From assembly GCF_037042905.1 (NCBI RefSeq), contig NC_087262.1:16740001-16804000 (forward strand): a stretch of 64,000 nt of DNA, given 5' to 3'. The translations under genes and the position numbers were made by a program. The notes beneath the pieces were generated by a model that made no database searches, was not told the origin of the DNA, and saw only the letters and a list, made by a program, of their open reading frames with translations. This stretch comes from Lytechinus pictus. Taxonomy: Eukaryota. How positions within the stretch are numbered: position 1 is the stretch's first letter; each line of letters opens with the position of its first letter. This document shows, piece after piece, positions 1 to 10,131 of this stretch.

Positions 1-285
1 AATATATTGATTCAATATGAACAAATTCTATTGTTAATTATGTAATACAAGATGATGTGTTGTGCCATGTTATAAGGTCATTTTTTAAATGTAATATAAG
101 AATACATAATCATCCGATAATAAAACATTGAATGATTATTAAAATATATTGATTCTATATGAACAAATTATATTGTTAATTATGTAATACAAGATGATGT
201 ATCTGAAATACTATAAGGTCTTTCTTTCAAAGGTAATGATAGCATGATGTACTCTGATGATAAAGCATTGAATAGTTGTTAAAAT
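1..285. repeat. Imperfect ~143-bp tandem duplication in spacer DNA
   Basis: aatatattgattc..tgaacaaatt..attgttaattatgtaatacaagatgatgt occurs at 1 and again at ~145. Confidence 0.7.
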
Positions 286-1616
286 GAATCAATGCACTAA
301 TTTGATATTCGCTTTTCTAAATTGATTACTTGCTAAATGTTGCATTGACATGTCTTGCATGTATATAGATATAATTATTCAAATGTACATTATTATATTA
401 TCTCTATGTTGCGCAGTTTGAACACTGTATGTATATGAACCTGATAAACTCTAATTTTAGATGCGCGCGCACATGCACACTTGCATAATGACATTTCCAT
501 TTCTTTGGTTACTTATTCAAAAGCATTTGAATTGTAAGTTTTTTTTTAGTTTTTTTTTATTCAGTTTGGTAAATAAAGTTATTTGTATTAAGGTTTATTA
601 AAGTATTAAGGTTTTTGTCGTTTGGAAATGGATTTCTGGCAAGTTAGTCTACAAGTCATTATGTTCGGTATTTTGTTCTGTGTCATGTGAAATATTGAGT
701 TTGACATTTTATTGCTTATACCATATTGGCATGATGACGAAGACGGATTTAAAGTGAGTGAATAAAACAAATGTATAGTTTTATAATATGGTTTCTAAAT
801 ATGTTTGTTCTACTATTCGCTGCCTGCACTGGCATAATGTTTCTCTCCCGCGGATATTATATTTTCATAATTCATTTTTGTACGTCATTCGTTTTAACTT
901 ATGATATTTACATTGATATTTTCAATGGGTGTCGTCATCCATCTCTCTATTGTAAACTGATTTTGTAAAATACATATATCGTAACTAAGACACAGGGGTT
1001 TGTTTCTCATACAAGCATGTGCTTTTTCGTGGCAAGCCCCTCCGTTCTGTTTAATTTAGTTTATTATCCAAAGTCACTTTTATTCACCTCAATTTCCTTT
1101 CATCCGAGTTTGTTTTATATATGTATACTATTATTAGCATTGAACTCTTTGTGGTATTTTTACAATGTACTCTGAGGGTACTTTGTTGTATTTTTAAAAA
1201 CAAAGAATGAATAACTCTCAAACATCTCAAATCCAATTAATCGGTCGATTTGAAAAAGAAAAGAAAAAAAGAAAGAGAACAGTACATCAAAGTAGGGTGC
1301 ATATCATTTTACCCACCGTTCTCTGATATGAATTATAATACCAACAGTTTGCGTCAATCTATTGTTGTCTATTATAGTTTGGAAATTTATTAGCTTAGAT
1401 TTCCCCTTTTTCGAGTTTGACGAATCGGACGGAAATTATTCAAGTCTCCAAAATGGCTTTCCTATTTTGCCAAATCATATTTTACATAATTATATGATAC
1501 GTTTTTAACGACATAACTATCAAGTTTGTTTATTATATCTCTTCATACACGCTGACTGATTTCCATCTGTGAAATACACAAATTTATTTCGATCATTATG
1601 GCCTTATATGATGTAG

Positions 1617-1759
1617 NNNNNNNNNNNNNNNNNNNNNNNNNNNNNNNNNNNNNNNNNNNNNNNNNNNNNNNNNNNNNNNNNNNNNNNNNNNNNNNNNNNN
1701 NNNNNNNNNNNNNNNNNNNNNNNNNNNNNNNNNNNNNNNNNNNNNNNNNNNNNNNNNNN
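1617..1759. other. Assembly gap
   Basis: Run of N. Confidence 1.
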
Positions 1760-2187
1760 CATATAATGAGTGAGAGGGGAATTGAGCGACGGAGAAGTCG
1801 AATGTACGAAATAATAAAATAAAATAAAATCGACAGTTTACATTTCTAAACCAATCGATTACTTTCCACTCACTTTTTTTCATGTATTTCAATTTTAATG
1901 ATATAATCAGGGCAGGCGCCAGGATATTTTGATGAGAGAGGGTGGAGGTGAGCGATACGACCTAAATGTGCCGTCACATATTTTCTATTTTGAATTATAT
2001 TGTATAGGTACCTGGTCCAGATCTTTCTATTTTTATTCTCTTCTCTTCCCTTTACTTTTTTCCTCATCTTTTTCACTACTTGAAAAATCGTAGGGGGCTG
2101 TCGCCCACTCCCCCTAACCCCGCCCCTGGTTATATCGTTTTATTATTATTATTTTCCCTGTTACATTCACTCAGTGAGCAGAAAGTA

Positions 2188-2426
2188 CACTGTAAAAACT
2201 GTGGTGTTAAAACTGACACCAATTGGTGTTAATAGAGGACCACACCCTGAGGTGTTAAAATAACACCCTAGAGATTGAACATAACACCAAATAGTGTAAA
2301 TGTAACAACCATATGTGTTGTTATAACACCTATGGGTGTAAAACTAACACCATAAATTTAACACCGGTGTGAAATAACTGGTGTGGTCGTCTATGTACAC
2401 CGGTTAACACCACAGTTTTTGCTGTG
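2188..2426 (+). mobile_element. 239-bp MITE with CACTG/CACAG termini and TA flanks (CMC/EnSpm-like non-autonomous)
   Basis: TIRs cactgtaaaaactgtggtgttaa ... ttaacaccacagtttttgctgtg, TA on both sides; second copy inverted at 30662-30900. Confidence 0.85.
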
Positions 2427-2902
2427 TATATAGTATTATGAATAAATTTGATGTTCTAGGAAGGTAAGAGAAATGGAGATTGATAGAAAGAAGGGAGGGG
2501 GATAGAAGGGGTAGAGGTTGGGAACTAAAGGAGATGCGAAAGAGGGCAATATTTAAAATGGAAGCATACTAATGAATAGTAAATTCAGAGATGGGAAGAG
2601 GGATGTAGAAAAGATGTGAGGGGGGAATAGAAAGAGAGATAGGGGGAAGGAAACTCATACACAGTATGGATTATGGAAATTATGTTAAAAAAACATTTAT
2701 AATACGCTGTGCTATAAGAATTTCACAGAAGTTGTTTAAAAAGCTTAAACATATTAAAAAAGAGTTTGAAATCTTAAACTTGGAGGAAATCAGAAATATG
2801 AGAAATTAAAGGAAAATATAAGATACTAAGTACACAAACAAATTGGGAGTTGAAGACAAAACCAGCAACTTTAAAGCAGGTTTACCAATTTGAAGATCCC
2901 CT

Positions 2903-3107
2903 TACAGTAAAAACGCTGACTTAAATTGACAGAATGCTGTTGACTGTGTACAGTGAACATTAACAATTAGGCTTAATTTATTGAGAAATCAATATACAAA
3001 ATATATATATATATATATATATATATTGTAATAATTACACACTTGTTTAAACTGTTCAAACAATACGATTCATACAGTAAACAGCATTGTACAGTGTTTT
3101 TACTGTA
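2903..3107. mobile_element. Old MITE relic upstream of TRIM copy 1, containing (AT)n; homologues lie upstream of all four genes
   Basis: tacagtaaaaac ... gtttttactgta inverted ends; homologues at ~25815-26015, ~39935-40135, ~49598-49797. Confidence 0.5.
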
Positions 3108-3198
3108 TAGAGATCTATCAATGATAAAAAAATTGATAAATCTAGTACGCCCTCTCTCGATAAGATGCCAAATGTTTCCATCAAGTTCAAAGGTAGCT

Positions 3199-3208
3199 GG
3201 GAAAAACC
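3199..3208 (+). promoter_or_regulatory. Rel/NF-kB-like site upstream of the TRIM ATG
   Basis: GGGAAAAACC; equivalents at 26133 (GGGGAAAACC), 40252 and 49914; motif match only. Confidence 0.25.
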
Positions 3209-3391
3209 AGTTCTATTTATAGTTTGGTTGAACTATACTCTGGCAGACGATCTTTTATTGTAATATATCACAGCTTGCTATTGTAGTATGAGTTTCGCAC
3301 ACACAGTCATTTCACAACGTGCATAATAATACATTTATGTGTACGTGTATATCATGGTGTCACGAGTAGATATCTCTTACAGCTACCCAGT

Positions 3392-3400
3392 TTCGTTGAA
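3392..3400 (+). promoter_or_regulatory. STAT/GAS-like site TTCN3GAA just upstream of the ATG
   Basis: TTCGTTGAA; also at 26340, 40451 and 50125; motif match only. Confidence 0.2.
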
Positions 3401-3429
3401 ATAGTTTTCTCTAGAGTTTATATATAGTA

Positions 3430-4059
3430 ATGGCTGAAAAGATTGAAATAGAGAAAGCCTCTAGTTCTTCACAGAACCTGATATGTCCGCTATGTCTTGA
3501 TATTTTTGATGAACCGACGATCCTGATGTGCGGACACACTTTCTGTCGAAAGTGTCTCAAGAAATATGATCTAACCCACCAGGACATTGACCACATGGTC
3601 TGCCCTCTCTGCAGGGAGATCACCAAGTTGTCTGCCAACCGTGTCGACGATCTCCGCCTCAATGTCTCCATTTACGGATTCGTAGACGATTACCACGCCA
3701 AGTGTGGAGGGATGAATTCTGTTCTAGAAATGAACCATAAATGCACAGCTTGCAAGTTTCAAGAAGACGCTGTCTCCTTTTGCAGAACATGTAATAACTA
3801 CATGTGTGATAAATGCATTCAATGTCATCAACGTCTTAGTCTGTTTGAGGGTCACGAGATTGTCTCCGTGGAGGATGTCATCGAAGGGAAGGTCAGCATT
3901 GGTCATCAATGCGAGAAATGCTCCATCCACAAACAAGAGAACAAAGATATGTTTTGTGATGATTGCAAGGTCCGTGTCTGTCACAAGTGCGTACTCGTTG
4001 GCCACAAGGCTCATGGTATCAAGAACCAGTCGGACTTCGAGCAGGAGTTGAGGCGAAAG
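3430..4059 (+). CDS. TRIM copy 1, coding exon 1: RING (C3HC4), B-box1, B-box2
   Basis: CPLC..CGHTFCRKC..CPLC RING; CTAC..CRTC..CDKC..H..H and CSIH..CDDC..CHKC..H..H B-boxes; donor AAG|GTAATG after 210 codons (phase 0). Confidence 0.93.
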
Positions 4060-4810
4060 GTAATGGTCATTTGAGATTTAGGGGTATCAAGTAGAAAACA
4101 ATATCTTAAAGAAGATGCTGATGAAGATTGTGCCGTTGAAGGAGAAGAAGATGATGATACTAGCTATTATTTTATTAATACCCCTGACTTCCTCGTCCTC
4201 CCCCTCAGTAGGGGACGCAGAACCAGTTGGGGTATACTTTTAGGCCTCCGATCTTTTTTTTTCAGTAAATTTGTACAAAAAATAAATGACAATATTATTG
4301 TGAAATGTTACATGCCCTCCCTTTTTGGATCAGCCCCCGCTCTCAAAACAATGCCACGACCCCCGTACCGTGTGAGTAAAAAAAATGAATCCTCATATTT
4401 TAACGAAAATATTATGCCATTTGCATAATCATATATGGCCTGAAAGAATATTTTCTCCCAAATAACTTAATACGTTATTTATGTGGACTGTGTTCACGCT
4501 TGAATGATCAAGATATATTATTTTATTCTTATTTGTATTGATGTAAATTTTGATTTGCGCTAAAGCAAGACATGGCTGCAATAAATTACTCCATATGTCA
4601 GTGATGTCATAATATATACAAGAGTTCCATCAAAATCCATTTCAGAATACGTTATCGATAATGTACATTTATTGTTTAATAACGACTTTTAAGTATTAAT
4701 TATCAAGTTGATTTCATTGAAGGGATTTGCAAATTAATATGTTTACTAATTCATGATGGATTATGACATCATTGGCATACGGATTCATTCATTGCAGTAA
4801 TGCCAAACTT

Positions 4811-5162
4811 TCGCGCAAATCAAGATTTGCATCACTGCAAAGAATACCAACTGATTATCTAAGCGTGAAGACATACAACATAAATATGGAATTAAATTTT
4901 GTTGAAGAAGATACTCTTTCCAAATCGTTCAAGATTTCCCTTAAATTGGGGACTTATGAGGTTTTTATTCACACGGTATACTGCTAATTGTGATATCAAT
5001 GTTAATAATAATAATGAAAAAATTATGATGATAATTATAAATAATAATGATATTGATAACAATAGTAATACTGATACTATTGTTAATTTTGACAAAATCT
5101 ATATTAATTCTAATAATAATAATGACGATAATGATCGTAACTAAAACTATCATTGATACATA
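4811..5162 (+). repeat. 352-bp intronic segment duplicated around the RTE insertion (copies at 6231-6582 and, partially, 7112-7248)
   Basis: tcgcgcaaatcaag...cattgatacata repeats with 1420-bp period; single copy in the introns of genes 3 and 4. Confidence 0.92.
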
Positions 5163-6230
5163 TCTCTCTCTTGGCTTGCTTCGCGAACGAAGATTTATAA
5201 AGGCAGTCCACGTCGACTGCAGGCACGCATGTGACTCACAAGGCCAATACGTGATAGACAGGCCCGGCCACAGCGGCCGCAGTCAAAAGTCACGTTTGGT
5301 GTGGCTGCTGAGGCTTCGCGATTCTTTCTGCGGCGACGTTTCTCCCTCAGGTGATCTTTTCGGGATTCCTCGAAAAAAGAGGCAGCCTGATGGACTATAT
5401 GTCGCCAGCTAGCACGGTCAGCAGCCAGAGTAGACCACTGGCAATGATCGATATGGCATGTACCGAGGGACTTCTTCAGGATGTCCTTGAAGCGTTTCTT
5501 TGGAGCCCCTCTGTCACGATTGCCAGTAGAAAGTTCGCCGTACAGGGCTATCTTGGGCAGGCGATGGTCTTCCATTCTTGAGATGTGTCCTGCCCAACGG
5601 AGCTGAGTCTTCAGCAGCATGGCCTCGATACTGGGGATCTCCGCCTGTTCAAGGACCTCAACATTTGTGACATAGTAGGTCCAGTGAATGTTGAGGATGA
5701 TCCGGAGACAGCGCTGATGGAAACGCTCCAGGAGTCGCATGTGGTGGCGGTAAGTTACCCACGACTCAGAACCGTACAGTAGGGTGGTGAGGACAACAGC
5801 TCTGTATACGCTGATCTTGGTGCCCCTTTTCAGATGCTTATTTCTCCAGACCCGCTTGTACAGTCTGCCGAAGGCACTGTTAGCTTTGGCCAGTCTGTTG
5901 TCTACTTCCCTGTCAATCTTGGCGTCTGAAGTAATTGTACATCCCAGGTAGGTAAACTGGTGAACGCTCTTCAACACAGTCTCGCCAATAGTGATGTGAG
6001 GAAGGCGGTACTCTTCCCGGGGTGCAGGTTGATGGAGGACTTCCGTCTTCTTCAAGCTGACTTCGAGTCCGAAGAGTTGAGCAGCCTCCGCAAAGCAGGA
6101 TGTCAAGCACTGCAGGGCTCTTTCGGTATGGGCAACGAGGGCAGCATCATCGGCAAAGAGAAGGTCTCTAAATATTTGCTCACAAGTTTTTGTGTGGGCC
6201 TGCAGTCTCCTGAGATTGAATAGACTGCCA
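5163..6230 (-). mobile_element. 5'-truncated RTE-clade LINE (RT C-terminal part plus zinc finger), antisense in intron of copy 1
   Basis: Open frame 5195-6238 with LFADD, YLG, LRWAGH, CxxC..H..C; short 3' end with (GA)n tail; absent from paralogous introns. Confidence 0.92.
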
Positions 6231-6582
6231 TCGCGCAAATCAAGATTTGCATCACTGCAAAGAATACCAACTGATTATCTAAGCGTGAAGACATACAACA
6301 TAAATATGGAATTAAATTTTGTTGAAGAAGATACTCTTTCCAAATCGTTCAAGATTTCCCTTAAATTGGGGACTTATGAGGTTTTTATTCACACGGTATA
6401 CTGCTAATTGTGATATCAATGTTAATAATAATAATGAAAAAATTATGATGATAATTATAAATAATAATGATATTGATAACAATAGTAATACTGATACTAT
6501 TGTTAATTTTGACAAAATCTACATTAATTCTAATAATAATAATGACGATAATGATCGTAACTAAAACTATCATTGATACATA

Positions 6583-7111
6583 TCTCTCTCTTGGCTTGCT
6601 TCGCGAACGAAGATTTATAAAGGCAGTCCACGTCGACTGCAGGCACGCATGTGACTCACAAGGCCAATACGTGATAGACAGGCCCGGCCACAGCGGCCGC
6701 AGTCAAAAGTCACGTTTGGTGTGGCTGCTGAGGCTTCGCGATTCTTTCTGCGGCGACGTTTCTCCCTCAGGTGATCTTTTCGGGATTCCTCGAAAAAAGA
6801 GGCAGCCTGATGGACTATATGTCGCCAGCTAGCACGGTCAGCAGCCAGAGTAGACCACTGGCAATGATCGATATGGCATGTACCGAGGGACTTCTTCAGG
6901 ATGTCCTTGAAGCGTTTCTTTGGAGCCCCTCTGTCACGATTGCCAGTAGAAAGTTCGCCGTACAGGGCTATCTTGGGCAGGCGATGGTCTTCCATTCTTG
7001 AGATGTGTCCTGCCCAACGGAGCTGAGTCTTCAGCAGCATGGCCTCGATACTGGGGATCTCCGCCTGTTCAAGGACCTCAACATTTGTGACATAGTAGGT
7101 CCAGTGAATGT
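6583..7111 (-). mobile_element. Second, shorter copy of the same RTE 3' end
   Basis: Appears identical to 5163-5691, with the same 3' junction. Confidence 0.92.
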
Positions 7112-7504
7112 TGATGATAATTATAAATAATAATGATATTGATAACAATAGTAATACTGATACTATTGTTAATTTTGACAAAATCTATATTAATTCTAAT
7201 AATAATAATGACGATAATGATCGTAACTAAAACTATCATTGATACATATAATATAACAGTAATAATACAACTACTCATATAATGGAAATAACTGTCCCTC
7301 ATATCATTCGTTGCCTCCCCTACCCCCCCCCCCTCCTCATCCAGAATAGAGATTAAAAAAATATCGATGTGACAACTTCCCGGATGTATTATGTTAAAAT
7401 TTATAATGGGTACATTCATTCGAAATTCTTCTAAACATTGTTTACGTGAATGATTATTTTACAGTAAACGGTTACTATTTTTTTTTTCTCTCTCTCTCTT
7501 TTAG

Positions 7505-8770
7505 GTGACAGACCTTGCCCAGCAATGTGCAGCTAAGAAAGCTGAGCTGGAAAAGAACATTCAGAATATAGAATTACAACGTCATGAGGTACACACTGCC
7601 ATGCAGAAACTACTAGCTGATGTCAGGCAGTCTTACAGCATCAAGGTCAAAGAGCTGGAAGGAAATCTTCAAGATCTCATCGAGCAAATAAATGAATTGA
7701 AGCGAGGTTTCGAGGATGATCTCAACATCTTAAAATCCAAGGATCGACAGAGGATCAAGAGCATTTGTAGTTCGATTACATTGGTAGATAATGACAGACT
7801 GGGTCATCTTGAGAGAGACAGTCTTTCTGCCCATAATTTGCTCTGTGATGAGCTAGGTACTATGCTGAAAGAGGTTACCGATCGCACTACTGCGGAAGTT
7901 ATTACAAAGAAAGCACATGAGAAGAGATTCAATCCTGCAGATGCCTCTTGTCTTGACCTCGGGTGCATCTCTGGATGGGATCCCAAGTTAGAAACCATGA
8001 AGTGTATAGATCTACGGGGACAAATGGTTGGAATGACAGCTTACACTCATACCAGTGTGGCCATCGTATATGGGATTAATACACGAGGTATTGATATCAT
8101 TGATACAGCTGGTGGAACGGAGCGGTATACAAACATACCACATGACATGCATGGTTATGGTGATATTGTGATTCAACGAGACAGTGAATCATGTGTCTCA
8201 ACTGGTACTACAGAAGCACACATGTATTCTCCCAATGGCTCCAGGAAAGCAACAATCAACGTGAGTCGGACTCGTTATTATCTCAAACTGAACAGAAGTC
8301 CATCAAATGAGATCATCATTGCTAACGGTGCCAACAAAGTCTACATCTATGACCCGACTGGATCCACTCTCAAACACACTGTTCCAACAAAGCACAAGAC
8401 ATGGCAGGTATCATCCACCAGGTCTGGTTTGATCATCACCAGTTCTTGTCATCTCACCAATCCAAACGTGGTGACGGTCTATGACAGGGATGGGAATGCT
8501 GGTGAGTCTCTGCAAGCTCCAAAGGATGTCTACCTGTATGCTGCCGTGGATGAGCAGGACAGGGTGTATATAGCGAGTGTTGATAGGAAGAATAGGAAGG
8601 TGGTGATCAGGCTCTATGATCTTGATGGTCTGAACCTGAAGGAAAGAGTTGAGTTTAATGCACTTGACATGACATTGGGTGATAATTGGTGTTACTTGGT
8701 GTCCCTCTCTCCGGACCTACTCGCCTTTGCTTGTATGAAGAAGTTATATTTCATCAAGGTATCGCTGTAA
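7505..8770 (+). CDS. TRIM copy 1, coding exon 2: coiled coil plus NHL-like beta-propeller (spliced product 631 aa)
   Basis: Polypyrimidine tract and ttttAG|GTG acceptor in frame with exon 1; heptad-rich N-terminal half; repeated beta-blade motifs (EIIIANGANKVYIYD, VTVYDRDG, AVDEQDRVYIAS). Confidence 0.9.
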   Translation: MTDLAQQCAAKKAELEKNIQNIELQRHEVHTAMQKLLADVRQSYSIKVKELEGNLQDLIEQINELKRGFEDDLNILKSKDRQRIKSICSSITLVDNDRLGHLERDSLSAHNLLCDELGTMLKEVTDRTTAEVITKKAHEKRFNPADASCLDLGCISGWDPKLETMKCIDLRGQMVGMTAYTHTSVAIVYGINTRGIDIIDTAGGTERYTNIPHDMHGYGDIVIQRDSESCVSTGTTEAHMYSPNGSRKATINVSRTRYYLKLNRSPSNEIIIANGANKVYIYDPTGSTLKHTVPTKHKTWQVSSTRSGLIITSSCHLTNPNVVTVYDRDGNAGESLQAPKDVYLYAAVDEQDRVYIASVDRKNRKVVIRLYDLDGLNLKERVEFNALDMTLGDNWCYLVSLSPDLLAFACMKKLYFIKVSL

Positions 8771-9005
8771 TAAAGAGTATACATGAACTATTGACTTTTA
8801 TGAGATTATTTATAGTGTATCTGAAATGAGAATCCAATATGTTTGTAAACACCTTTCTGAATTTGTTTACATTTTGTGGTGTGTATATACACATAAATCT
8901 TAACACGAATCGAAGAACGTTCATACACATAAAATAATTTAATGAATGTAACTCGAGTATCAAAAGACCATTATTTTTAATTATTTCGTGAATCTGAATT
9001 AACCA

Positions 9006-9211
9006 CACAGTAAAAAAAAAAAAACACGTTGTTTAAGCCTGTCACTCTAATAACAAGTTGTTTCACTTTCTTTGTAATTGTTTAAACATTTTAAAAAACT
9101 AGTTTTTAAGTTGTTTTTAAAATAAACAGATGTTTAAAGGGTTTAACAGTAGTCGTTAGAGTGTCGGGCTTAAACAACGTGCTTGAAATCGTAAATAGCG
9201 TTTTTACAGTG
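9006..9211. mobile_element. Palindromic MITE relic ~240 bp downstream of the TRIM stop; present behind all four genes
   Basis: Arms cacgttgtttaagcctgtcactcta / tagagtgtcgggcttaaacaacgtg, ends cacagtaaaaa..tttttacagtg; homologues at 33567-33783, 43960-44176, 53625-53827. Confidence 0.7.
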
Positions 9212-10131
9212 TATTGCTGTTGTTGTCATTCAACTCGTGTAATTAACATGATTAAGCCAGCGTTTAATATTTTGGGGTCTCTGTTATAGAGAATTCGATG
9301 AAAGGCTAATGTATTAAACGAACTTTATATTTTGTGAGTTATAAGATTTGCTTTTGGAAATTGTGTACAATCGATTTGCTGTTTTGTTGCAAGCCAGTCT
9401 ATATTATTTGTGGATATACGTAAATATGATCTCGAAATTTTAGATTTTTTCTGTCCAGTGTTATGATGTGAAAATTAAAGGCCTAATAATTACGGATATC
9501 AGCTGAATTCTTTCCTATTCGACCGTAAAACCATTAATCTGAATAGGCCTTAAGTTCTTCTTGTGTGGAATGTATAGTCCCCACAAACCACTTGATATAT
9601 TAATATTTTCATTTTATGAAATGTCCATAATTACAGGAATATTAATTTTGTATTAAAACACCCCGCTGAATGATTAATGTTTATAATCAGTCACTACAAA
9701 TACAAACTACGATGTTAAAATATTTCAATTTCACTAGTGCATCCATATACATGTTTTTATATCAAAGAACTTGTTATTCTTTTTTTTACTAGAATTTTTT
9801 TGGCCTTTATTCAGAATACAATACATCATAATATAACAAAGGTATAAGTAGTAATATTTTCGTGAATGGCACATTGTCATACGTTCTGTTTCACAAAATT
9901 CAGGTTAGCTTAATAAATGATTAAATTTCCATGAAATATAATAACAAAAACAACGAATCATATAAAGAAATAATACTTTGAACATTATTGAAATCAATAT
10001 AAATCATGATAATTTGAATAAGGAATTTCTTGTGAGAAAATATGAATGGTGTACATTAAGCCAATATAACACGGTGTATTTAATTAAATTTCTCAATATA
10101 AAAATGATTATGAATATTGGACTACGTGTTT

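Noticed and set aside
4060-4074. Separate 214-aa RING/B-box genes and separate 421-aa GTG-start genes, as listed in the ORF track
   Set aside because: Canonical GT/AG sites join them in phase 0; the VMVI tail and GTG start are artefacts of unspliced ORF calling, and there is no evidence for a truncated isoform
6615-7181. 188-aa ORF with a signal-peptide-like hydrophobic N-terminus fused to an RTE C-terminus
   Set aside because: The hydrophobic leader is the antisense of an AAT-rich tract joined by the insertion junction; it has a non-ATG start and no sign of function
3430-8770. Assigning a gene symbol such as TRIM56, TRIM71 or TRIM2/3
   Set aside because: Domain order is similar, but there is no evident filamin domain and the propeller is divergent; orthology cannot be established without a phylogeny
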